Below are positions 50,001 to 56,507 of a DNA stretch of 64,000 nt, piece by piece. Every line of letters begins with the position of its first letter. Position 1 is the first letter of the stretch. Under the pieces are notes generated by a model that saw only the letters and a list, made by a program, of their open reading frames with translations, was not told the DNA's origin and ran no database searches. The position numbers and the translations under genes are program-made. Source of the stretch: Nemertoderma westbladi (Eukaryota; Animalia; Xenacoelomorpha); contig JAUCBJ010005774.1 in the NCBI GenBank assembly GCA_032718475.1, positions 19,472 through 83,471 of the forward strand, read 5' to 3'.

Positions 50001-51838
50001 TCTCCTTTTCACTTGTACCATTAGTATCCGCACAGTGGCGCTGTTTATACACTATCCTTTTCACTTGTACCATTAGTATCCGCCCAGTGGCGCTGTTTAT
50101 ACACTATCCTTTTCACTTGTACCATTAGTATCCGCCCAGTGGCGCTGTTTATACACTATCCTTTTCACTTATACCATTAGTATCCGCACAGTGGCGCTGT
50201 TTATACACTATCCTTTTCACTTGTACCATTAGTATCCGCCCAGTGGCGCTGTTTATACACTATCCTTTTCACTTGTACCATTAGTATCCGCACAGTGGCG
50301 CTGTTTATACACTATCCTTTTCACTTGTACCATTAGTATCCGCACAGTGGCGCTGTTTATACACTATCCTTTTCACTTGTACCATTAGTATCCGCACAGT
50401 GGCGCTGTTTATACACTATCCTTTTCACTTGTACCATTAGTATCCGCACAGTGGCGCTGTTTATACACTATCCTTTTCACTTGTACCATTGGTATCCGCA
50501 CAGTGGCGCTGTTTATACACTATCCTTTTCACTTGTACCATTAGTATCCGCCCAGTGGCGCTGTTTATACACTATCCTTTTCACTTGTACCATTAGTATC
50601 CGCACAGTGGCGCTGTTTATACACTATCCTTTTCACTTGTACCATTAGTATCCGCACAGTGGCGCTGTTTATACACTATCCTTTTCACTTGTACCATTAG
50701 TATCCGCCCAGTGGCGCTGTTTATACACTATCCTTTTCACTTGTACCATTAGTATCCGCACAGTGGCGCTGTTTATACACTATCCTTTTCACTTGTACCA
50801 TTAGTATCCGCCCAGTGGCGCTGTTTATACACTATCCTTTTCACTTGTACCATTAGTATCCGCCCAGTGGCGCTGTTTATACACTATCCTTTTCACTTGT
50901 ACCATCAGTATCCGCACAGTGGCGCTGTTTATACACTATCCTTTTCACTTGTACCATTGGTATCCGCCCAGTGGCGCTGTTTATACACTATCCTTTTCAC
51001 TTGTACCCTTAGTATCCGCACAGTGGCGCTGTTTATACACTATCCTTTTCACTTGTACCCTTAGTATCCGCACAGTGGCGCTGTTTATACACTATCCTTT
51101 TCACTTGTACCCTTAGTATCCGCACAGTGGCGCTGTTTATACACTATCCTTTTCACTTGTACCCTTAGTATCCGCACAGTGGCGCTGTTTATACACTATC
51201 CTTTTCACTTGTACCATTAGTATCCGCACAGTGGCGCTGTTTATACACTATCCTTTTCACTTGTACCCTTAGTATCCGCACAGTGGCGCTGTTTATACAC
51301 TATCCTTTTCACTTGTACCATTAGTATCCGCACAGTGGCGCTGTTTATACACTATCCTTTTCACTTGTACCCTTAGTATCCGCACAGTGGCGCTGTTTAT
51401 ACACTACCCTTTTCACTTGTACCATTAGTATCCGCACAGTGGCGCTGTTTATACACTACCCTTTTCACTTATACCATTAGTATCCGCACAGTGGCGCTGT
51501 TTATACACTATCCTTTTCACTTGTACCATTAGTATCCGTACAGTGGCGCTGTTTATACACTACCCTTTTCACTTATACCATTAGTATCCGTACAGTGGCG
51601 CTGTGTATTAACTAACCTATTAGCCTGTACCACAAGTACACGCACGGTGGCGCTGTTAGTGTGTGTGCCGTCGGATACAGTCACGTTGAGAGTAAAATCC
51701 TCCAGGTCTAACATCCTGTTCCTATTGGCTAGTCGCAACACACCGGTCTCTGACTCCAGAGTGAAGGCACCACCGTGGTTGCCCTGGGTGATTGTATGAC
51801 GTAACTTATTAGCGTCAACTTCATCTGGGTCGTAGCCC
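3628..51838 (-). CDS. FAT1: Fat-like atypical cadherin (FAT1/2/3 / kugelei type), partial multi-exon gene, 22 exons in window, extends beyond both edges
   Basis: Spliced exons give consecutive cadherin repeats (DxNDNxP, LDRE/LDYE, AxDxG), then the Fat-like juxta-EGF region (YPPILQP...DRDQYDTL...TDGKF...LEHSVTI...LSFTSLRH), EGF, laminin-G (FAGRSY...YSILEI...FRGCL) and EGF (NPCKNGGTC). Order and motifs follow vertebrate FAT1 as recalled. Exon phases chain consistently. The symbol denotes the subfamily, not one-to-one orthology. Confidence 0.9.
4449..4689 (-). CDS. FAT1: Fat-like cadherin exon: laminin-G middle
   Basis: gaaag|G TTC AAC TCG GGT; FNSGSG...RLDDARWHTVEV...IYVGAE; GAG|GTATTC donor. 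Confidence 0.85.
5202..5509 (-). CDS. FAT1: Fat-like cadherin exon: EGF-like end and laminin-G start
   Basis: cttag|GTCTGC; VCVAEEYVSYRCQCPDGRFG...MTFAGRSYL...YSILEIASGYAQF; AG|GTGCGA donor. Confidence 0.88.
6313..6690 (-). CDS. FAT1: Fat-like cadherin exon: Cys-rich juxta-EGF region
   Basis: ttcag|ACCGGT; LELLLAVR...LCDGSAPC...AKLSFTSLRH...CFPNPCPSPK; AAG|GTAAGT donor. Confidence 0.88.
7886..8088 (-). CDS. FAT1: Fat-like cadherin exon: end of last cadherin repeat
   Basis: cacag|GGAAATTC; KFTAKAEVTV...LEHSVTIHM...EEFI...VMSIQQ; CAG|GTGGGT donor. Confidence 0.85.
8222..8426 (-). mobile_element. tRNA-derived SINE-like element, copy 1
   Basis: Minus strand has an A-box-like start and a GGTTCGATCCC B-box; shares tatactccccagagg, tttaaagcatt, cgaacccacgacctcc and aaggatttaacgac...ggtgggact with 38285-38492. 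Confidence 0.65.
8513..8803 (-). CDS. FAT1: Fat-like cadherin exon: cadherin repeat
   Basis: cccag|GAACACCT; TPPLSSS...SKYPPILQP...TDRDQYDTLIY...ATVTD; G|GTCAGT donor. Confidence 0.88.
9198..9397 (-). CDS. FAT1: Fat-like cadherin exon: cadherin repeat
   Basis: tttcag|CCGGCCA; PGDDVLKLYVVDGDGPSNSGPFTF...VMVTDS; G|GTTCGT donor. Confidence 0.85.
10208..10844 (-). CDS. FAT1: Fat-like cadherin exon: cadherin repeats with internal 27-bp in-frame repeat
   Basis: ccccag|GTATTATA; VDYETNSVYSLVVRATDRGSPP...DVNDNAP...LDREAAG...DVNDNPP...LPED; CG|GTAAGT donor. Confidence 0.92.
10477..10569 (-). repeat. Coding 27-bp tandem repeat (EIAMDESGD) inside a cadherin exon
   Basis: gcgatctcgtctccactttcgtccatg, about 3.5 copies, frame preserved. 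Confidence 0.92.
10857..11128. repeat. Tandem array, 23-bp unit ggtaaactataccaatagtaaat, abutting the splice acceptor at 10845
   Basis: About 12 copies directly visible. Confidence 0.95.
12300..12912. repeat. 85-bp tandem repeat (itself two related halves) inside the CACTG element
   Basis: ttttcaaaccggcggtttttatgaaatgtaaaaatgg... recurs at 12424, 12509, 12594 and onward. Confidence 0.9.
13001..14278. repeat. 39-bp tandem array atttacaataatgactgccagtttatcacagaa(c/g)cacag inside the CACTG element
   Basis: About 32 copies directly visible. Confidence 0.97.
16164..18461 (-). mobile_element. Mutator (MULE) DNA transposon, apparently full length
   Basis: Perfect 9-bp TSD tttatttag (16155-16163, 18462-18470); TIRs built from 15-bp gacaagttgtatcca repeats; encloses a transposase ORF. 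Confidence 0.92.
16473..17975 (-). CDS. FLYWCH-MULE DDE transposase, 500 aa
   Basis: N-terminal FLYWCH-like zinc finger (WVC...C...HNC); MULE motifs VDGTF, HVDFEKA, CYFH and RTNNASE; uninterrupted ORF. Confidence 0.9.
   Translation of the reverse strand: MAVYQKTIHGNSKLCHDGKMYSKRKTNKDGSEMWVCTKRPHCIGSVKTLTPHSTEVITSNPHNCIDSPIVELSAFRQRIADQASSSHTKPTQIYCSSLRDLDSKLHTSLPQRSSLLRQIRRVRSRYLPPDPKSLKELSFHGDSIIDFITSDNGGKFLQYDNGVNADERIVVFWTDESMKFLRSSSEWGVDGTFAIAPKPFYQLYIVCAKVYTRMLPLLYAFLERKTETTYSELFNVIAMQGASPSVVHVDFEKAAHNAIIAAFGDSVTFVFCYFHLRQAINKRIQELGLKSHYQSNLEFRLWASKISSLALLPTDKVKDGFRIIQDIAPREGAELLTYFDRTYLSGPRRIRSDSNGLVSKIRSAGPLFAVEKWNVHAATLNDFGRTNNASEAVNRDISTIIGSKHPSVWKLIDALKAKDADVQCQLARAAVGQLEPRRETLESKTFDRRIKTLCTEITNQQRTVESFLIGVGENIELLKRRKSLFSNINVSDSEMDKDFK
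18538..18628. repeat. 91-bp near-perfect hairpin
   Basis: tattgtttacgtggtaacccatgacggcgttaagtaatg pairs with cattacttaacgccgtcattggataccacgtaaacaata, 2 mismatches in 39 bp. Confidence 0.85.
19074..20375 (+). CDS. PLP-dependent class-V aminotransferase-fold enzyme (hercynylcysteine sulfoxide lyase Egt2 / L-cysteine desulfhydrase / isopenicillin N epimerase family); intronless, nested antisense
   Basis: 433 aa; motifs NHGSYG, NTTTGIN, VDGAH, GNLHKW (PLP lysine), GTQD and RISA. Confidence 0.85.
   Translation: MKPKVIYESLADCSEILPSFGEGIRKEFCLAFNEMTFCNHGSYGVCPERVLNYKNQLIDLMENRPDCFYHYGNTCRDLYDDSLERTASFLNSDKKDVVFVANTTTGINTILRSIPLDFNSVILMQSYTYASTACTIDEVALKHHADVTKLDVHLPIKSEEEIVDLYYKTCSDNRSITVVVLDYISSCSAILWPVVRIAEALRELNVVIVVDGAHSPGQIPVDLKEMEEAGVDFYVGNLHKWAFAPRGCAVMWVRPEYQTAVKPLVTSFQLETFQDKFFDQGTQDLSNYLSASAGLDFHKSIGGFNAIHGYVEPLISWAQEMIAEALGTDKLEIPRSMEAPCMRMIEIPGDPMPHEEEIELNNSIMDKYQVVMQWFYSFNGRRWLRISASVYSKREDFIELKDALVESLLLPQKLEVETEPVHYRRGRRQSLRP
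20979..21174 (-). CDS. FAT1: Fat-like cadherin exon (absent from ORF track)
   Basis: cgcag|[54 protein letters not shown]...FSIDRVQ; G|GTACGT donor. Confidence 0.9.
21832..22043 (-). CDS. FAT1: Fat-like cadherin exon
   Basis: ttcag|GGATGG; FSVDYSSGIISLTRMLDRETRQLYNLSVEAIDNGLPARLT...IQ; CAG|GTCGGA donor. Confidence 0.9.
23610..25898 (+). CDS. FOLH1: Glutamate carboxypeptidase II / NAALADase (peptidase M28B) type II membrane protein; intronless, nested antisense
   Basis: N-terminal TM anchor, PHLAGT, PA domain, GDPQTPG, zinc/catalytic motifs HRDSW, GAID, WDGEEFG, YINVD and YHTAYD, TfR-like dimerisation tail. Start may be 23553 or 23610. The symbol is family-level (FOLH1/NAALAD2). Confidence 0.9.
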   Translation: MMTNLNEACLTPNEREEKPKSLIKRYKCCLIALVVVMVTFVIGILIGYFSHPRYPLHYKAYTGVESWVRNRLLSDIDAYRLKFINKEMSKKPHLAGTLGNRDLADYVAGKWNRAGLDHVEIKKYNVLLSYPKQPGSVKFSGDSNLDFTVENERSIGLEEIDSDTVLPYAAYSPSGTVTGDVIYVNYGRAEDFDFLKQLGINPDGKICVARFGRGFRGVKAHEAAARKCVGLIVYSDPQGVAPGNPPPSALHPDGVYLPPTGVQRGTYNLHTGDPQTPGFPSTDYAYRKTNTSNVFPSIPVIPMGYGQAKIVLEQLKPGNESLPASWIGEIAGLKYNTGPGYGTTKGKVTIETNNENVVKEIYNVIGYIYGSVESDRYVMIGSHRDSWVRGAIDAGSGTTLLMELARVFGGLRKDGWSPRRTLMFESWDGEEFGMIGSAEWVEEYQQELAARGVAYINVDMAVWGNYSVQVKATGNLQDVVTSAANEIQTPEGENFRDVWARRQRERDMRKRGNKTVPGEYGVYPHVYTVSASSDFAHFINYAGVSVMDLQLQAALVPTYHTAYDTHRYFEFIDPEFHYHRMMAQLAGFTLLRLVDDVILPLNVDGYAATVFQLINGIDTDYKITKNVSEWSKGGIYSDLVENLKDSLQNLSVAARKLEATKKTINKYDAMAVRRLNDKLSSFERNFIIPLGITGNPTKRHVVYSGGVNNYGSTGFAGILDAFKQSIEHPGDMETRAETFRQISQVIFAINSAAHSIITGPQY
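25943..26293 (+). mobile_element. DINE-1/Helentron-like non-autonomous element with (gtct)n microsatellite
   Basis: Subterminal inverted pair gtggggcg / cgccccac, (tgtc)n at 26034-26084; a related head tggggcgagccacg...cttagc recurs at about 39109. Confidence 0.5.
26416..26652 (-). CDS. FAT1: Fat-like cadherin exon
   Basis: cttag|GTACGG; LDRETVDLYELTAVAMDTGGRRC...DANDWPP...AWDKDE; G|GTAAGT donor. Confidence 0.9.
26809..26962 (-). CDS. FAT1: Fat-like cadherin exon
   Basis: cctag|CAATAT; AEVAENMPPG...SATDRDVGDNAAISY...KEN; G|GTGAGG donor. Confidence 0.9.
27677..27781 (-). CDS. FAT1: Fat-like cadherin exon (105 nt, absent from ORF track)
   Basis: ttttag|GTTTAC; VYNMEIVVTDGRFAAIATLIVEITDVNDNSPVCDQ; CAA|GTAAGT donor. 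Confidence 0.9.
27964..29048 (-). repeat. 43/49-bp tandem array derived from the exon 3' end plus GTTAGT donor
   Basis: Minus-strand unit GTGTACACCACCCAGCGGTTGGATAGAGAATCAATGGAG|GTTAGT equals the end of exon 29009-29166; about 23 copies. Confidence 0.95.
29009..29166 (-). CDS. FAT1: Fat-like cadherin exon (absent from ORF track); its 3' end seeds the 43/49-bp array
   Basis: ttttag|GAACGT; TFVYTMVAVDTEASKTLRYYIVGG...FNIDSETGKVYTTQRLDRESME; GAG|GTTAGT donor. Confidence 0.88.
29598..29851 (-). CDS. FAT1: Fat-like cadherin exon
   Basis: ctcag|ATGGGT; WVFLDTPLDYE...ATDTGE...DSNDSPP...VTEDQLP; G|GTGAGT donor. Confidence 0.9.
30160..37790 (-). repeat. 49/41-bp tandem array derived from the exon 3' end plus GTGAGT donor
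   Basis: Minus-strand unit TGGAGGAGGAAGGGAGCGGGTTTACTGTGGATCCGGTGACTGG|GTGAGT equals the end of exon 37749-37993; roughly 160 copies. Confidence 0.97.
37749..37993 (-). CDS. FAT1: Fat-like cadherin exon; its 3' end seeds the 49/41-bp array
   Basis: tgtag|GCCGAG; DVNDNPPRF...ATDADGGRNGKVVY...GFTVDPVT; GG|GTGAGT donor joins A-TGG of the next exon to give TGW. Confidence 0.9.
38285..38492 (-). mobile_element. tRNA-derived SINE-like element, copy 2
   Basis: Minus strand TGGTGTAGTCG A-box-like and GGTTCGACCCC B-box; homologous to 8222-8426. Confidence 0.65.
38520..38690 (-). CDS. FAT1: Fat-like cadherin exon
   Basis: tccag|GTTGGT; FVIDPLDGTILVAGPFDYEAKTTHSLTVK; AAG|GTAATA donor. Confidence 0.88.
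39298..39467 (-). CDS. FAT1: Fat-like cadherin exon
   Basis: cctag|CAACCC; FQLFIRATDKGTPPRS...PPSFESDHYEF...PIDTE; GAG|GTCAGT donor. Confidence 0.88.
39640..39784 (-). CDS. FAT1: Fat-like cadherin exon
   Basis: tgaag|GTGCGG; VRASDSDAGDNGLLSY...FTIQPTTGII...NVD; A|GTAAGT donor. Confidence 0.88.
40141..40355 (-). CDS. FAT1: Fat-like cadherin exon
   Basis: ttcag|GGGAAT; LWTLDMLDRE...TDGGG...TDENDNAPVW...KVLQ; CAG|GTGAGA donor. Confidence 0.9.
40466..40880 (-). mobile_element. 5'-truncated RTE-clade non-LTR retrotransposon
   Basis: C-terminal LRFAGHCFR...LVLWQP...MGDRELWR motif, (TAG)n tail, 11-bp TSD aacaatccaat at 40455-40465 and 40881-40891. Confidence 0.85.
41052..41230 (-). CDS. FAT1: Fat-like cadherin exon (absent from ORF track)
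   Basis: attag|CCACGC; HAPSIPPPPYVSELSENSPVRSLVVSVSANDPDPGLYGELTY...FAIDPKS; G|GTTAGT donor. Confidence 0.88.
41470..51605 (-). repeat. 52-bp tandem array (~10 kb), diverged derivative of the exon 51617-51838 3' end and donor
   Basis: Unit atccgcacagtggcgctgtttatacactatccttttcacttgtaccattagt, about 190 copies; aligns without gaps to the exon end on the minus strand. Confidence 0.95.
51617..51838 (-). CDS. FAT1: Fat-like cadherin exon; its 3' end seeds the 52-bp array
   Basis: ttttag|G GGC TAC GAC; GYDPDEVDANKLRHTITQGN...FTLNVTVSDGTHTNSATVRVLVVQAN; AG|GTTAGT donor. Confidence 0.9.
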
Positions 51839-52385
51839 CTAAAACAAATTAATTGTGTTTAATTAATAAATAATAAAAAATTCAATAGTAAAGTCTCACT
51901 CGTCCCACAAATATCTCACTCAAACTTTATCGATAATGACAGCTCATTTCCTGTGACTTAAAAAAAACGTAAAATACTGTAAGTGCACGTTGTGCATGTG
52001 GTTAGAATGACACAACGTAAATGCTAAAAAATGTAAAACTAAATAAAATATCACCATAGCATTTTTCGTCTCATGACAAAATTAGAACAGTAAAGTATCC
52101 TATCCGAAACCGAAATTGAGTGTGCAGCTTGCCATGTGAGCAAATAGCGGGTATTCCTTGATGGAGGAGACACGCAGATGGCGGGAATACCAATAAGGAA
52201 TGCGAAATAAGATGCAATTCAATGAATCATTAGATAGCGTCATACGCTTTGATACATCAAAGAAAGCGAATCCCTATCCGTCTATTACTGGTATAGGAGG
52301 CAACTATTGTACGGGGGGTTGTTAGATCAGCTACGGCCGCAATAAATAGCAACCCACGCGATGTAACTCCGTACCTAACAGAGCC

Positions 52386-52389
<4 letters not shown>

Positions 52390-52420
<31 letters not shown>
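52390..52420. repeat. (GA)n microsatellite
   Basis: Directly visible. Confidence 0.9.
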
Positions 52421-52421
<1 letters not shown>

Positions 52422-53419
52422 GGTATAATATATCCCGTCCACCACACATCGAGTCTTTGTATTAAAGTCGCCGGTCACATACTAAGGCCGTTACCATATT
52501 TGGTTAATTATTTCTCGGTAGTAGAGTTACACGTTATGAACGTAACTTATTTAAAATATGTGGTCCCGTCAGCCAAGAACTTATTAGATTACACGTTAAT
52601 ACTCTTAAGCATTGTGTTATGACGAGTGATAATTATCATAATTACTATGTGAATATTAAATATATAAATGTAAACTATAGACGAAATATTAATCACATTA
52701 GTGAATTCCTGTATATTTACTTAGAGGTATATAACAAAAATAAATGAACTATTTATTTTACAAAAAGAAAGTACAATTTTTTGTCCGATTTTATAATTGA
52801 ATTACAAAGAGGAAAAAACATTTTCGTAAAAGATTAATATTATTATTAATTTATATTATTAATAATTAATTCACATAAACGAAAATGCATATTTGTTTAA
52901 CAAAATTTTAAGATGTTGTTTTCTTAGTTGTTAAAGAATTCTTAAAATATTCACTTTTGAATTAGAGTTTAATAACGTAATGAAGAAGTTAATGTAAATT
53001 TTGCAAAATTGTCTAATTAAATAATACTATAGCTACAATATATTAGCTATACTTTGTCAGTGAAGATGATATGCCAGAAGAATGTTAATCAAATAATCAA
53101 ACCAAAAATTTAATTAAACTAGCTACTGGAGCAAAATATAATAAAACTAAACATTTTAATGATAAATTTATTAATAATTACCAACGTAATTACTGTTCTA
53201 GAATAAATAATGAGAAATCAACAGAATAAATTATAGATCATTGATTGGATAAATATTTTATTACCGTATTTTTGAAAAGGATTGATTGGATAGTCAATTT
53301 ATTGTCCGAAAATGCGGATATTAAAGTCGTTATTGTCCGCACTTTTACCGACAATAAAAGGGGTATTTTAAAGAATAATTGTTTAATAAACTTTATTAAA
53401 TCTTAGATATATTTTAGCG

Positions 53420-53824
53420 ATGAATAAATATTACTGCGTTTATATCTTTGGTGTCTGTTGGGTAGGATTCCCCTTTAGTTGCTATGGAGATGGGGAGGTA
53501 TCGTGCGAAGAAGGCACTAGAATGTCCGTAATAACTGAGGACGAAAGTCTCAACAAATACATGGGGCAGATAACAGACGCAATGATTCCTGATATACGGA
53601 CAAACTGCAGACAGTGTCGGCTAACTACGATGATAGCAGACGGATACACGCAGAGCGGTGGGGTTCGGAGTACTGTCTCTGTGGACATCGGAGATTGTAT
53701 CGAAAATATGTCGGATATTTGTGTCGCGTTCGACAGGGAAGAATGTAAGGCGAAGGTCCTACCCATAATACCGACAACTACTGCTACCGGAATGCTGCAG
53801 GAGGGTGCAGCATTGCAGTGTCAG
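53420..53824 (+). CDS. Secreted Cys-rich protein A, exon 1 (Ly6/uPAR three-finger-like, unassigned)
   Basis: Hydrophobic signal-like N-terminus, 7 mature-region Cys, CAG|GTAATG donor; clear paralogy to 55649-56053 (CVAFxxEEC...GA...CQ). Confidence 0.75.
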
Positions 53825-54120
53825 GTAATGGGAAGTAGAACCGTTACTATGACAATGTTAAGTAATTGATTAAATATTAACCTTTCAGTATGGGCTAATA
53901 TGAATTGGGTGACATCAATATCGTTCCTGATACAGAAACGAGAAGGGAAATAAGAAAGGGGAAAAATATTGGGAAGTGGAATAATGTGACCAGGGTTCCA
54001 ACCCTGGAGACAGACACCCACAGATAGACTGACTGCATAAGTTATAATTACCTATTAATCATTAGCCATAGTCATTCAAAATGTATTGTTTTTTTTCATT
54101 TACTTGGCCAATATTTACAG

Positions 54121-54351
54121 GTGCAATGTTGTCATGGAAGCGACAAATGTAGCAGGTTCGCTAAGAATGTGATTGACACCACGAAGGAAGTGACGTCCCC
54201 TATCGTCAACAATCAGAACAAATTACTAGACTGGGTAGAAAAGGAAATTAGCGAGACACCGGAAGTTAATAACTCAGCTGAATCACCAATGATAATCAAT
54301 GCTGTTGCCATAGTTACATCAATAATATCATGTTTATACGGATGGGTTTGA
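54121..54351 (+). CDS. Secreted Cys-rich protein A, exon 2 (CC-x5-C plus GPI-signal-like tail)
   Basis: tttacag|GTG phase-0 acceptor; VQCCHGSDKC...NSAESPMIINAVAIVTSIISCLYGWV. Confidence 0.75.
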   Translation: MQCCHGSDKCSRFAKNVIDTTKEVTSPIVNNQNKLLDWVEKEISETPEVNNSAESPMIINAVAIVTSIISCLYGWV

Positions 54352-55648
54352 TACATATGTTCATTGTTTATTTTATCTTAACGTAGTTTTTTTATAAATA
54401 CAATTGTATATTTCTTTCTTATATTCATTTTACGTAATTTTGAAATCATCATTAGTAAATTAATACCATTGTTTTAATATCATTTCATAATTATATTTTG
54501 ATGAATTTGAAAATTGTATTACTTTGTAACCTATCTCCTATTCCTTTACTTAAGATTGCACTTTGAAGGGAGGGAAGGGAGGGAGGGGGGGGGGGGGGGG
54601 GTCTTAACGCTCATAATAACAGTGAACCTTGCCAAACATGTTATATAGCGGGACACACCGGAGACTTGCTGAGATATAGACTTTCAAGCATTGAACAGGG
54701 TCAGTGTTGATTTGGGCTGTACTAATAAACTGTATGCTGATAATGTGGAATAACATCCACTTTACTTACTTTTACTTTACTTACTTACGTATAGTTAAAT
54801 TACCCCCCCCCCCCCCCCCCCCCCCCTATTAATATGTATGGATGCCACCGATTTTAAGTTGGCTGAACAATACGCCTACACCAAAGTCTACACACCTTCA
54901 CCTACGTGTAGACAGAGTGTACAAATAAGAAGTCGACAGAGGCGGGTTGAAAGTAACCAAAACAATAAACGAAGGTTATGAATATTGTAGAAAACCCAAT
55001 TAAATTGAGAATCAACAGTCTGATATATAAATAAACCTAACGGCTTACATGTATAGGTGTAGGATTAGAGTCTACCCCCCCCCCCCCCCCCCCCATAAGT
55101 GCCAATTTGAAATAATTGAGTCGTATTTTCATAATGATTATTGAATATGGATATAACCTGAAACCGGCTGATAATATTATTATTTAATGGAATGTTTATA
55201 TCAGAGTAGGCATATAGAAAAAATAAGCCATTTAGTATTTTAGTTGATATATTTCAAAGAGCTTGAATTTGTTTTATTGTTCAAATTCTATATTTAAGGG
55301 GCAGTAAATGCCAGAATATGCCTATAGACTACAAAGGGAACACCAAATAGAGATAGCCAAAAAACTGAAGTACATTATTTTTTTCTAATATCGTATCGTA
55401 TAGTTAAATTACCCCCCCCCCCCCCCCCCTCTTAAACCAACGAATGTTGGATTAAGGGTTATAAGTTGGCAAACAAAATATACGTTGCCAATACAATATT
55501 GGCAAATGTATCATTATGGTTTCTAAGCAATTAATACTGCCACACAAAACAAGTATAATTTATTGCAATAAACTAGTTTTAGTATAAGTTGTAATTATTT
55601 ACTGATTAAATAAATTATTATTTAGCTGTTTAGAAAATAGCCGAAGCA

Positions 55649-56053
55649 ATGGGAGGTGTTTGGGGGCCTGGAGGGACATTAGTACTGTGTTTGTTCGTAA
55701 CGGTACTCCGGCAGACGAACTGCCAGGAGCTTGTAGACTGTCTTGACGGAATTAAAGTCCACGTAGAAACCGAAAACAAGCACGTGAATTCCATGATGGA
55801 TGTGATCACAGATAGTTTAATGTTCGAGGTAGCAACCAATTGCTCCGAGTGCATGGTCACTAAAACGGTCTACCAAGGTCGTCTCAACGGCTCTAAGATT
55901 CTCGCTAATATCACAGTGGACGTGTCGTCGTGTCTCCTAGAACACGTCTGCGTGGCATTCAATGAAGAAGAATGCGCTAGAGAGGTTCTACCGCAAGCTA
56001 AACAAGCAGAATCCGCTGACTTTATGGAGTCTGGGGCTCAAGTTAAATGCCAG
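55649..56053 (+). CDS. Secreted Cys-rich protein B, exon 1
   Basis: Signal peptide, same Cys pattern as protein A, CAG|GTTAAA donor at the homologous position. Confidence 0.78.
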
Positions 56054-56507
56054 GTTAAATAAATTTGTTTGTCCTATTGAATTTGAACTCAACAAAATAT
56101 GGATGACAAACTACGTACCGGTATGCCCTACGTCATTATGTTTATAGAACAGGGTCCTGTAGGCAATCCTAACTCAGTATTTACGCACGTTAGCGGTACA
56201 TCCGGTAAAACCTGATCACCAATTACTTTCATTTTCAAGGAAATCCGTTTGTAAGACCACAGTGCCGGTATGTCTAACAGTATCTTAACTATACTTACCA
56301 CTAAGCAGCCGTCGCTATACCGAAAATAGTAATATACCGTCTTAACAATCAATTACAATCAAACATAACCCTACAGTAATGATATCCGTTTGAAGGAACA
56401 GAGTCTATCATATCATTAAAAATTTCAATTTTCGACTAAAATTTAGTTTTCTAAAGAGTTTTCTATAAACAAATAACTATAATAAGAAACATGTTTTCAT
56501 ATTTTAG

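Noticed and set aside
44992-51116. Repeated 65-aa ORFs (MALFIHYPF...)
   Set aside because: Arise where a single variant removes a TAG in the 52-bp unit; they only mark higher-order duplications
54570-55430. Poly-G/poly-C runs as functional G-quadruplex elements
   Set aside because: Scattered homopolymers throughout the introns (also 2394, 6935, 21322, 39909), partly within a duplicated cgtatagttaaattac(c)n fragment; lengths are error-prone and there is no positional pattern
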